This document shows, one piece after another, positions 17,104 to 25,070 of a stretch of 32,000 nt of DNA (positions are counted from its first letter, which is position 1; every line of letters begins with the position of its first letter). Under the pieces are notes generated by a model. It had not been told where the DNA came from and did not search any database. It saw only the letters and a program-made list of their open reading frames with translations. The stretch is taken from NCBI RefSeq assembly GCF_000354175.2, contig NC_022349.1, positions 570,001 to 602,000 of the forward strand, read 5' to 3'. The DNA is from Vibrio alginolyticus NBRC 15630 = ATCC 17749. GTDB taxonomy: Bacteria; Pseudomonadota; Gammaproteobacteria; Enterobacterales; Vibrionaceae. The position numbers and the translations under genes are program-made.

Positions 17104-18537
17104 TTAGTTTCCGTACACTACGTTAGGTAAAGTGGTGATGACAGGAACACCAAGGTGTTTTTCTAATGCTCTTTTAGAGCGGATAGAGTTATCGGCTAAC
17201 TCAAGTATCGTCGCTAATCCAATGCCTAAACCAGCGCCACCAATAAATCCTAAAATGACAAATACAAAACTAGGTAAGTTAGTTGGAATCGTTGGCGTGA
17301 ACGGTTCATCAATGATTTTTACGCGCTTATTCTCTTCAAACTCTCCCAAAGAGCCTGTTAGTTGGGCCATCTCATAGCGTTCGACGAGTTCGTCATACAT
17401 TTCTCTCTTCACTGCGACGTCACGAGCTAAGCGGTTGATTTCTGTTGCCGTGCTCCCAAATTGGTGCGCATTTCGCTCTAATTCTTGGATCATGTCTCGC
17501 AAGCTGTTGGTTTCTTCCGTAAGTGCTTCAAAACGTCCGCGCATCATTTGTAATTGATGTAGTTGGGAGACTAGTAGAGGCTGTGCTTCGCCAAGACTGT
17601 TTACTGTGGTATTGCTCGCGATATCCCATAGTTGAGCACTGTTTAGTTCTGGTTGTTTAGAGTTCAAGAGTACCGAGCGTTCCTGCTCCAACCGGTTTAA
17701 TTCTCGCAACTTACCTTGCACTAAACTATGCGCCTCTGTGTATTTAGCGCGAAGCAGGGTAAGTTCACTACGAATGTCGATGATTTGCTCTTCCAGTTTA
17801 CCGATAACCGGGTTCGTTTTGGATAGTTGTTGATCCAAACTGCCTAGACTTCGTGAAACACCAGCAAGCTCCGCCTCCTTTTCGGCTAGCGTTTGTTTGA
17901 GGCTAGCAAGGCGAGTAAGGCTTTGAGCTTGCATTTCGGGCGTCGCGTCTGAGTAAGTATTTTTATATTCTGCAAAGGCTTGTTCAGCCTTGTCTAGTTC
18001 TTCCCTGCGTTTGTTGATATGGATAGTCAAAAAATGGCTCGAATCTTTAATCGAAGAACGCTCAGGAGCCAAAAGCTGTTCGACAAAATGCTCTCTGACA
18101 GACAGCAGCATCGACTCCATTCCTTCTGATTTACCACTTTGCAATTGAATTTGAATGAAGTCTTTACCGAGTGGCTGAACAGACAGGCGCGACGCAAGAT
18201 CTTTTATGATGAACTCTTGCTCTTTTGCACTCATCTCGTCATTGATCAGCGATTGTTCTTTTGCGACAGAATACAAAACGTGTCGGCTTTTTAGCAGAGT
18301 ACTGAGTGCGCTCAATCGGTCTTTAAGCATTGTTGAGACGGCAAGGTCTTGAAGGAACGGGTTCATTTTCGCTGTCTCTTGAATAAGCATGCTGGTGTGA
18401 GCAACATAAGTCGTCGGAACCAGCTTACTTACGATGAAACCCAGCACCGGCAAGACAAGCATAGGGATAACGATCATGTAACGACGTCGCCAAGTGCCAT
18501 GTAGTAATACACTAAGGTTTTCTCTTAAATCGTTCAT
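17104..18537 (-). CDS. sypO: Polysaccharide co-polymerase / chain-length-determinant (Wzz/PCP-like) membrane protein, SypO-like
   Basis: An N-terminal TM (YMIVIPMLVLPVLGFIVS), a long coiled-coil periplasmic region, a C-terminal TM (FVFVILGFIGGAGLGIGLATIL) and a short cytoplasmic tail. Confidence 0.75.
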   Translation of the reverse strand: MNDLRENLSVLLHGTWRRRYMIVIPMLVLPVLGFIVSKLVPTTYVAHTSMLIQETAKMNPFLQDLAVSTMLKDRLSALSTLLKSRHVLYSVAKEQSLINDEMSAKEQEFIIKDLASRLSVQPLGKDFIQIQLQSGKSEGMESMLLSVREHFVEQLLAPERSSIKDSSHFLTIHINKRREELDKAEQAFAEYKNTYSDATPEMQAQSLTRLASLKQTLAEKEAELAGVSRSLGSLDQQLSKTNPVIGKLEEQIIDIRSELTLLRAKYTEAHSLVQGKLRELNRLEQERSVLLNSKQPELNSAQLWDIASNTTVNSLGEAQPLLVSQLHQLQMMRGRFEALTEETNSLRDMIQELERNAHQFGSTATEINRLARDVAVKREMYDELVERYEMAQLTGSLGEFEENKRVKIIDEPFTPTIPTNLPSFVFVILGFIGGAGLGIGLATILELADNSIRSKRALEKHLGVPVITTLPNVVYGN

Positions 18538-19658
18538 AGCGCCCTCACTAATTTATCAACTTGGTTGGCTCTTGCTTCCCAGCTTTGCTGTTGAACGTAT
18601 TGCTTTGAGTTTGCCGGGGGTGGGATCAGGTGATCGAGACTGGCGCATACATCTTCGACATTTTGAACTATGTGGAGCATATGCTTGTACGGCATTAATG
18701 CGGGAAAGGGTGGGCTGATAACAGAGGTTCCTGTTGCCAAGTACTCAAGAAGTTTAAGCGGATTACACGCTTTGATTTGAGCGTTATCAACAAAGGGCAA
18801 CCAACTGGCATCCCAGTGTTGAGAGTAACGTGGCAGAGTGTGATGCGCTCTCGGGCCCAGGTAGTATATGTTGCTTCTTTGTGGAAGTGGATTGTCACTG
18901 AACTCGTTGGGGCCGATGAACACGAGATCCCAGTCAGGCGCTTGGTCTGCGACTTGGGCAATTAAGTCGTAGTCTAACCATTCAGACAAACTGCCATAAA
19001 AGCCCAGCACTTTGCGACCATTATTAGGAAAATCTTCAGCCTTAGGTGCTGGCTCAGAGAACAAACTAAAGTCGACACCGTGAGGTAAAGTGACGGTTTT
19101 ATGTGATGGAAACTTGGTGGAGAGCGTATCGCTTGCCGTAAAGATAACGTTGGCCGCATTAACAAGAGTACGTTCGTGCTTTGTTACCGTGTCGTGGTCA
19201 ACACCAGCTAAAGCGCTAAAGTCATCGCCACAATAGTAAATCAGTCCACGTGGGTTCATTTCTGCACAAACATCGGCAGCAGTCGGGAGCGACGTCCAAA
19301 ATACAGGCTTATCAAAACCAAGAGCTTGTAATTGTTTGTTGAGTTGGTGTTTCATCATCTTAGCGGCCACTTTTCTTGCTAATGCAGAACTAGGGGCAGG
19401 AATCGTGAGCAAGTTGATGATGTGAATGTTTGGGTTTGTTTCAGAGTCCAATGTTGGCTTGTGTGAGCCTACGTTATGAAATACACGAGTGAGTTTGTTT
19501 AACGCACGTTGTATGTCTTTAGAATCCAGCTTAGGTTGACGAAGGCCAATGGAGTTCACCCAAAGGATTCGATGGTTCGCTGCTAGTCGCTTGACAATAT
19601 GCTGAGTGGAAGAGGGTAACCCACCAAAATCTTCTCCAAATACTACGATGTCCGTCAT
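18534..19658 (-). CDS. sypN: Glycosyltransferase (GT-B fold), SypN-like
   Basis: MTDIVVFGEDFGGLPSSTQH...VLGFYGSLSEWLDYDLI...NPLKLLEYLATGTSVIS. It has a 4-nt ATGA overlap with sypO. Confidence 0.7.
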   Translation of the reverse strand: MTDIVVFGEDFGGLPSSTQHIVKRLAANHRILWVNSIGLRQPKLDSKDIQRALNKLTRVFHNVGSHKPTLDSETNPNIHIINLLTIPAPSSALARKVAAKMMKHQLNKQLQALGFDKPVFWTSLPTAADVCAEMNPRGLIYYCGDDFSALAGVDHDTVTKHERTLVNAANVIFTASDTLSTKFPSHKTVTLPHGVDFSLFSEPAPKAEDFPNNGRKVLGFYGSLSEWLDYDLIAQVADQAPDWDLVFIGPNEFSDNPLPQRSNIYYLGPRAHHTLPRYSQHWDASWLPFVDNAQIKACNPLKLLEYLATGTSVISPPFPALMPYKHMLHIVQNVEDVCASLDHLIPPPANSKQYVQQQSWEARANQVDKLVRAL

Positions 19659-19705
19659 GTGGCTCTCCTTGAGTCTTAGTTATTTGATTACTAATTAAGT
19701 GAGTA

Positions 19706-19721
19706 ATCACAATGCGTGCCA
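19706..19721 (-). promoter_or_regulatory. Probable sigma54 promoter of sypNO with a degenerate -12 element
   Basis: The minus strand reads TGGCACGcattGTGAT. The -24 half is perfect, but the -12 half is GTGA instead of TTGC. It lies 48 nt upstream of the sypN ATG and 60 bp from the palindrome at 19781. Confidence 0.5.
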
Positions 19722-19773
19722 AGGAATTAGCCATTTTAAAACAGTGAGTTATGGGTTTTGTTTATGTTTGAAA

Positions 19774-21138
19774 CTAGTATTTCTCATTTTGACAGTCACT
19801 TTGAACAATTCGGCTAACGACAACTGTTAATGCCGCTAGAATGTAAATTGGCCAGGTGAAACCTTGAGTCAGAAAAGTGCCTGATACGATGGTACCGATA
19901 AGCCCACTTAACACGGCGTTTGCTCCTACAGAGAGGGTGTAATCTGATTTTGGTGTCAACAATGAGATGGAATGCAAAGAGGTGCGGATCAATGACACAA
20001 TTAAAGTAATGAACACCGCGAGCCCGACAAAACCCGTTTCTGCTAACACGCCAAACCAAGTACTATGGACCGCGTGGTTGATACCATCCCAGTGTGGGCT
20101 GTAGAAATAGTAATTAAAGTAAAAGTTATCTAGACCTACGCCAGTCAACGGATGATGCAGCGCCATTTTAAATGCCGCTTCCCACGCATAAAGTCGCCCC
20201 ATCGCAGAGGCATCTATACCATCCTCAGCGGCTCCCCCCGATTCTCGTCCTGAAATACCAGCGAATGCGTAGAGTACGATCGCTGCGATAGCGCCTAATA
20301 CCAAGACTAATGTTTTGCTTTTGATGTGTTTAAAAGCAAAGTAGGCAAATACAGACAGTGAACCTAGTAACCCCCCGCGGCTCTGCGTCTCAATGATCGC
20401 AAAGAACAAAACCAAACAGGTGATAAGGGCAAAGAGCCTGAGATGCTTGGGGGAATGCTTCTCCATCAATTGACTAACGGTAAAGGCAAGGGGAAACATC
20501 AGCACTAGTGCCAAATCGTTAGGATCGCCAAGTACTGAACCTATGGATCGTCCTATCGACACGCGCGTCCCTTCAACCAAATCAATGCCATTCGCAGCGT
20601 TTTGTAATGCCACTAAGCCAATCAATAATCCGGCGAAAATAATTGCTTTTGACATCTGTGCGAGCTGTGAAGGTTTAGTAATAAGCCAGGTGATGGCCAA
20701 CGTCATAATGATGATTTTCCAATAGGTGTTTTTGAACACCGTTATTGCGATATCACGACTGGAAGCGAATATGATTCCGATGATCACCAGACCCCAAAAT
20801 ATACACAGCCACTTTAATGAAGGGTGCCAAAAAGCTGTAATCTGGCGGCTTATAAGAAGGTGAAAAGCGAGTGCGGCGAGTGCCCCCAATGATAACAGTA
20901 ATGGGATCTTGAAGTTATAGATAACAGGAAAGGCTTCGTGAATACGAAAGAATGAAAAAATAACGAACAGTGTGACAAGCCAAAACGTTTGATTGAGAAC
21001 AAACAGTAACGCGAGTGGTGCGAAACACAACGCAACAATCAAAATGGGATGAGGCATAACAACCCAAAGCAGGCCGATACCGACAGTGATCGTCAGTGCT
21101 GCGATGGACTGTTTTGTTCTCACCTTGGTTTCATTCAT
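19774..21138 (-). CDS. sypL: O-antigen ligase/polymerase-family (Wzy_C-type) integral membrane protein, SypL-like
   Basis: About 11-12 TM helices and a central loop with IETQSRGGLLGSL, typical of the O-antigen ligase/polymerase family. It has a 4-nt overlap with sypK. Confidence 0.8.
   Translation of the reverse strand: MNETKVRTKQSIAALTITVGIGLLWVVMPHPILIVALCFAPLALLFVLNQTFWLVTLFVIFSFFRIHEAFPVIYNFKIPLLLSLGALAALAFHLLISRQITAFWHPSLKWLCIFWGLVIIGIIFASSRDIAITVFKNTYWKIIIMTLAITWLITKPSQLAQMSKAIIFAGLLIGLVALQNAANGIDLVEGTRVSIGRSIGSVLGDPNDLALVLMFPLAFTVSQLMEKHSPKHLRLFALITCLVLFFAIIETQSRGGLLGSLSVFAYFAFKHIKSKTLVLVLGAIAAIVLYAFAGISGRESGGAAEDGIDASAMGRLYAWEAAFKMALHHPLTGVGLDNFYFNYYFYSPHWDGINHAVHSTWFGVLAETGFVGLAVFITLIVSLIRTSLHSISLLTPKSDYTLSVGANAVLSGLIGTIVSGTFLTQGFTWPIYILAALTVVVSRIVQSDCQNEKY
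19781..19795. promoter_or_regulatory. SypG-enhancer-like palindrome (TTCTCA-ttt-TGACAg) embedded in the 3' end of sypL
   Basis: Inverted repeat matching 10 of 12 palindrome positions. It lies inside the last codons of sypL (stop at 19774-19776). Confidence 0.5.
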
Positions 21139-22565
21139 AACGAGTATCTCTTCACCTGTCCACGCCGTTTCACTATGTATCGAGTGAGAGCATTGAGCGT
21201 CTCTTTACTCATGTAGCGAGTGGCTATCCCTGCCAGCAAACTGCATGTCAAAATGCAAATTGCGATGGCGATTCCTATTGATTGTGAAGAGTGAAGCAGG
21301 AACAGTGCCACACCGGATATAATCTGTAATAAAACCATCAGACTTAGGTGAAAAGGCAACGTCATACATTGTTGGCCTACTACATAAGTCAGGCCCAGCT
21401 TACACAGTTGTGCGTAATAAAGCGCAATGAACACACCATAAATACCCAGAGAAGATAAGCCAAACAGCAAAGCAATCGCAACGCACGCAGAGACGACATT
21501 TATACCCAGTAGCCAGCGAGTACGACGCTTGTACAAAATGGAGATGTTAATCAACTCACTCCATTCTTTTAACATGGCGATAGGTAGCAAGAATAAGCTG
21601 AATAGTACCGCCTCATGATAGGTTTCTGGCAGTAAGTAGGTGATCATCACCATTGCTAATGTGCCGACCACTACACTCAAACCTGTAATGTAAATCATAC
21701 CTAAGTGTGTGATGCGCACTGCTTCAGTGCTCTTGCGCCCTTCTAAGTAGTTAAATCGACGTGGCATCCACCACATGCCAAACGGCTGCACTAAAATACA
21801 CATGCCCACTGCAAATTTTACCGCTATCGCGTAAATCCCTAACGTCGCAAGAGAAGTGTTGGCACCAATGAACCAGCGTTCAGCGCCATTGAGACAAAAT
21901 GCTACTAAACCGGCCATCATCATTGGTAGGCAGTAGTTTAGGTATTGTTTTGCCAATGTCAGCTTAGGAAGGGTGACATTGTAACGGTTAACGATGTGCA
22001 GCCAAACAAATTGAGTAATAGCAGCCAACAAGCCCCCCCACAAAACAGAAATAACATGGGGATGAACAGACAGCGCCGCGACGATAAAAATGACCTGAAA
22101 AATGGTGGTAGTGACCATGACGTTAAGCAGTGTTCTTGCTTTGTCGTCTTGTGTTCTTAACCAGGCAGTGCCGATTGCAATACTGCCTTCTAGAACGATG
22201 GCAAACATAACAATAGCAAATTCGACTCGCGTAAAAGGCGCGGGAATGGGGGCGATTAAAATGATAGTGAGCAAGCTAAGAGCGACGACGCCAGCGATGA
22301 GTAAAGCAAGTGAGTACAGCTGGTTTAGTAGGCTTGTGCGCGTATTTTGATCCTTTTCAACGCCGACGAATCGATAAAGCGCTTCATGCAAAGCGAAACT
22401 GACAAACAAGGTCGTAACAACACCAAAGGTTGTTAGAAGCTCAAGCTTGCCCATTTGTTCTGGTGAGAGAAAGTGGGGCAATACAGGCAGCATGATTAGG
22501 CTGATGCTTTTATTGATCACTAAGGCGATAGCAAATAGCGTCATGTTGGTCATTGCTTTAGACAT
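21135..22565 (-). CDS. sypK: MOP-superfamily polysaccharide flippase (Wzx-like), SypK-like
   Basis: A polytopic membrane protein with about 12-14 TMs. The start is set at ATG 22565, which has AAGGA 7 nt upstream. The track ORF runs up to 22688 but that stretch overlaps sypJ by 130 nt. The exact start is uncertain (ATGs at 22571, 22565 and 22553). Confidence 0.75.
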   Translation of the reverse strand: MSKAMTNMTLFAIALVINKSISLIMLPVLPHFLSPEQMGKLELLTTFGVVTTLFVSFALHEALYRFVGVEKDQNTRTSLLNQLYSLALLIAGVVALSLLTIILIAPIPAPFTRVEFAIVMFAIVLEGSIAIGTAWLRTQDDKARTLLNVMVTTTIFQVIFIVAALSVHPHVISVLWGGLLAAITQFVWLHIVNRYNVTLPKLTLAKQYLNYCLPMMMAGLVAFCLNGAERWFIGANTSLATLGIYAIAVKFAVGMCILVQPFGMWWMPRRFNYLEGRKSTEAVRITHLGMIYITGLSVVVGTLAMVMITYLLPETYHEAVLFSLFLLPIAMLKEWSELINISILYKRRTRWLLGINVVSACVAIALLFGLSSLGIYGVFIALYYAQLCKLGLTYVVGQQCMTLPFHLSLMVLLQIISGVALFLLHSSQSIGIAIAICILTCSLLAGIATRYMSKETLNALTRYIVKRRGQVKRYSL

Positions 22566-23730
22566 GGTCATATCCTTTGATGTCTCGCGGTGTCTTGAGT
22601 GTGCAATCATTGTTGGTAGCAATTTCGGCAGCAAGGTGCTGGGCGATTGGCAAATAACAACGTTCGGCTGTGTATAGTTGAGAAACATTGAGTGCTTCGA
22701 TACCCATCGTTACTTTCATCCACGGCGATTCATTCAAAAGGCGAATTGCGTTGTGCAACGAAGCCACATTGTTAGGCGTGTATTTAATACAATTTCGGCC
22801 GTGAGTTAACACGCGGTCCCAATAACTATCATCGTGTGGAATGACGACACACATACCTGCAGCGAGCGCTTCCAAAATAGATAACCCAAAAGGTTCGTTG
22901 AGACTGGTGGAAACAAACACACCACACTGTGAACGCAATTCATCTAAGTTGTTTGGGCACTCATGCCATTCAACACCTTGTGTGTTGAAGTCCGGTGTTG
23001 AATATTCCACACCTGCCACGTTAGGTTTGATGTAACACACGGTGGATTTGATCTTTTTCGACTCATCAAGTGTTAAAGCATCAAGCAAAAGATCGATGTT
23101 CTTCCATTTTAGTAAGCTAGCTGCCCAGAAAACGCGGCTTGAAATCGGATTCGCTTGTTTTGGCCAGCGATCTTTCGATAATCCATTAACAAACGTAGAT
23201 GTATTCAAACCACACCAATAGCGTTCGGTGGCTGGCTTCTCTGTTTTGAGGTAGGCCTGTAATGCTTCTACCATTGATTCGCGGGTGTTTGCCAAGTAGT
23301 AAATTGCCGATGCTTTTACTAAGCAGTAGCCAGCAGATCTCGATCGTCCAATAGGGCCATGAACCATCTGTACCACAGGCTTTTTGCTAATTAATCGTAG
23401 TAAGTACAAAGGCATATCATTACTTGGGCAAGATAGGCCCAAAAAGCTATCTATTTTTGGCAGCTTCATGCACGCGTAGAGAAGTTGGAGAAAGTAGTAA
23501 GCGTTCATCAACCAGTAGGTCAGTCCATGAGTCGAGTTAAATGGTGATGGTTTTATTTTTATAACTTGCACACGCGGTGTATCACTAAGCAGTGACGCCC
23601 AATGCTCTGGATTTGTAGTGAGTAGATAACCAATCACGTTCAGCTTATCGCACTGCTTAAGGAGCTCTGCATTCGCGATTTTGGATCCACCTTGCATTGG
23701 GATGGCGTCGAACATCAATACACGTTTCAT
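22558..23730 (-). CDS. sypJ: Glycosyltransferase (GT4-like), SypJ-like
   Basis: C-terminal SLNEPFGLSILEALAAGMCVVIP. The start is set at ATG 23730 (MKRVLMF...), 7 nt after GAGGAG. The track start at 23745 is a TTG. Confidence 0.75.
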   Translation of the reverse strand: MKRVLMFDAIPMQGGSKIANAELLKQCDKLNVIGYLLTTNPEHWASLLSDTPRVQVIKIKPSPFNSTHGLTYWLMNAYYFLQLLYACMKLPKIDSFLGLSCPSNDMPLYLLRLISKKPVVQMVHGPIGRSRSAGYCLVKASAIYYLANTRESMVEALQAYLKTEKPATERYWCGLNTSTFVNGLSKDRWPKQANPISSRVFWAASLLKWKNIDLLLDALTLDESKKIKSTVCYIKPNVAGVEYSTPDFNTQGVEWHECPNNLDELRSQCGVFVSTSLNEPFGLSILEALAAGMCVVIPHDDSYWDRVLTHGRNCIKYTPNNVASLHNAIRLLNESPWMKVTMGIEALNVSQLYTAERCYLPIAQHLAAEIATNNDCTLKTPRDIKGYDHV

Positions 23731-23741
23731 GACCGGGCTCC

Positions 23742-24926
23742 TCAATTGATGCTCAACCAGCGTGAAAGAGGCTTCATGCAGTGAGTCATTGGCATTGGTG
23801 TAATGGCGTTGTTATTAAGTTCACCTTCGTAAATACGTTCAATAGCGTTGATAGATGCAGTCGTCGTTAAGTTCTGGCTAGCATGTAGGTAAGCGTTTTC
23901 CGCCAGCTTGTTTCTTAATGCCGCGTCTTGCATGACTTGTTGAATCGCGTTTAACAGGCTCGCCATTCCACTGTTCTGGTACAGCAATGCAGAGTGATTA
24001 TGCTCGAACAACTCAGGAATGCCTCCCGTTTTAGGAGCCACGATAGGCAGTTGAGCTAAAGCCGCTTCCCCGAGCACGAGACCAAAGGCCTCTTCATAGG
24101 CGCCGCTAATAAAAGCGTCTGCATTACCACACATCCACTCTCCGGCATTGTGTTGCTCCCCGACAAAGTGCACTCGCTCTTGGATACCAAGATCCGCGGC
24201 AAGCTGTTGCAATGCTTCTCTTTCTTCGCCGTCACCAACAATAACAAGGTGAGGGTTGTGGTGGTGGTAGTTGTGCATGCGCATTGCGCGAATAAGGCGG
24301 TCGAACCCTTTGCGCTTAATCAGCGAACCCACCGACAGAAAGGTAAAGGCCTGTGATGGGATTCCGAGGCTATCTTTAATGTCGATGGGTGTATCCACGC
24401 CTTGAAGTGACACGCCGTTGTGTACGACATGAAGTTGGTTTTGTGGGTAGCCGTCCTGAAGAATTTCGCGTCCAACATCTTTGCTAACGCAAATCAATTT
24501 TGGAGAGAGGTGAAGTCCGAGAGAGAAGCGATCGCGCAATGTATAATGGCAATGAAGTTGCGTGACAAGTGGTATATGATTCATGCGAGCAGCCAAACAC
24601 ATCCATTGACAAGGGCCGCCGCTATTGACGTGTACCAAGTCGATGCTGTGCTTTTCGATCAAAGCTGAGCCTTGTTTGATAAGGCTATTCCACCCGCTAA
24701 TATCCCAGCGTGGAGCGCTCCAACCACCCACCAAATTGAAGGCTGAATGTTCCGCTTCAATTCCGAGCGATTGGCACTTATCGATTAATGGTTGGCAGTT
24801 TGACCATACGAATGGCTCAAACTTATTGCGGTCGATTCCTGAAATGAGATCCAGAAGCACCACTTCACTGCCGCGAATCCAATTATCACCATAATGAACA
24901 TATAGAATGCGTTTTGGCGTAGTCAT
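23742..24926 (-). CDS. sypI: GT4-type glycosyltransferase, SypI-like
   Basis: ILYVHYGDNWIRGSE at the N-terminus and YEEAFGLVLGEAALAQLPIVAPKTGGIPE (E-x7-E) near the C-terminus. Confidence 0.85.
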   Translation of the reverse strand: MTTPKRILYVHYGDNWIRGSEVVLLDLISGIDRNKFEPFVWSNCQPLIDKCQSLGIEAEHSAFNLVGGWSAPRWDISGWNSLIKQGSALIEKHSIDLVHVNSGGPCQWMCLAARMNHIPLVTQLHCHYTLRDRFSLGLHLSPKLICVSKDVGREILQDGYPQNQLHVVHNGVSLQGVDTPIDIKDSLGIPSQAFTFLSVGSLIKRKGFDRLIRAMRMHNYHHHNPHLVIVGDGEEREALQQLAADLGIQERVHFVGEQHNAGEWMCGNADAFISGAYEEAFGLVLGEAALAQLPIVAPKTGGIPELFEHNHSALLYQNSGMASLLNAIQQVMQDAALRNKLAENAYLHASQNLTTTASINAIERIYEGELNNNAITPMPMTHCMKPLSRWLSIN

Positions 24927-24969
24927 AAGTCACCTCTGTCTCATCATTAATCTGCGTTAACTGCTGAGC

Positions 24970-24985
24970 TGCAATAGAGATGCCA
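24970..24985 (-). promoter_or_regulatory. sigma54 (-24/-12) promoter of sypIJKL
   Basis: The minus strand reads TGGCATctctaTTGCA, with GG and GC at canonical spacing. It lies 44 nt upstream of the sypI ATG. Confidence 0.7.
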
Positions 24986-25045
24986 AAATATGCTATTAGT
25001 TTATGTGATTGAATCTTATATGATATTTATGTTTGGAACTCATCA

Positions 25046-25060
25046 TTCTCATATTGAGAA
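25046..25060. promoter_or_regulatory. SypG-enhancer-like perfect palindrome TTCTCA-tat-TGAGAA
   Basis: Perfect 6+6 inverted repeat, 61 bp upstream of the -24 element and 11 bp after the sypH stop. Confidence 0.6.
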
Positions 25061-25070
25061 CCAATATGGA

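Noticed and set aside
24255-24275. GTGGTGGTGGT-type short repeat on the plus strand
   Set aside because: It is simply the reverse complement of a His run (NYHHHNPH) inside sypI, not a microsatellite or a regulatory repeat.
14581-24926. Small same- or opposite-strand ORFs inside syp genes (for example 15810-16131, 17132-17377, 18695-19165, 19814-20059, 20850-21038, 21945-22677, 24056-24894)
   Set aside because: All are fully embedded in longer ORFs with clear family signatures. None has an independent SD or motif.
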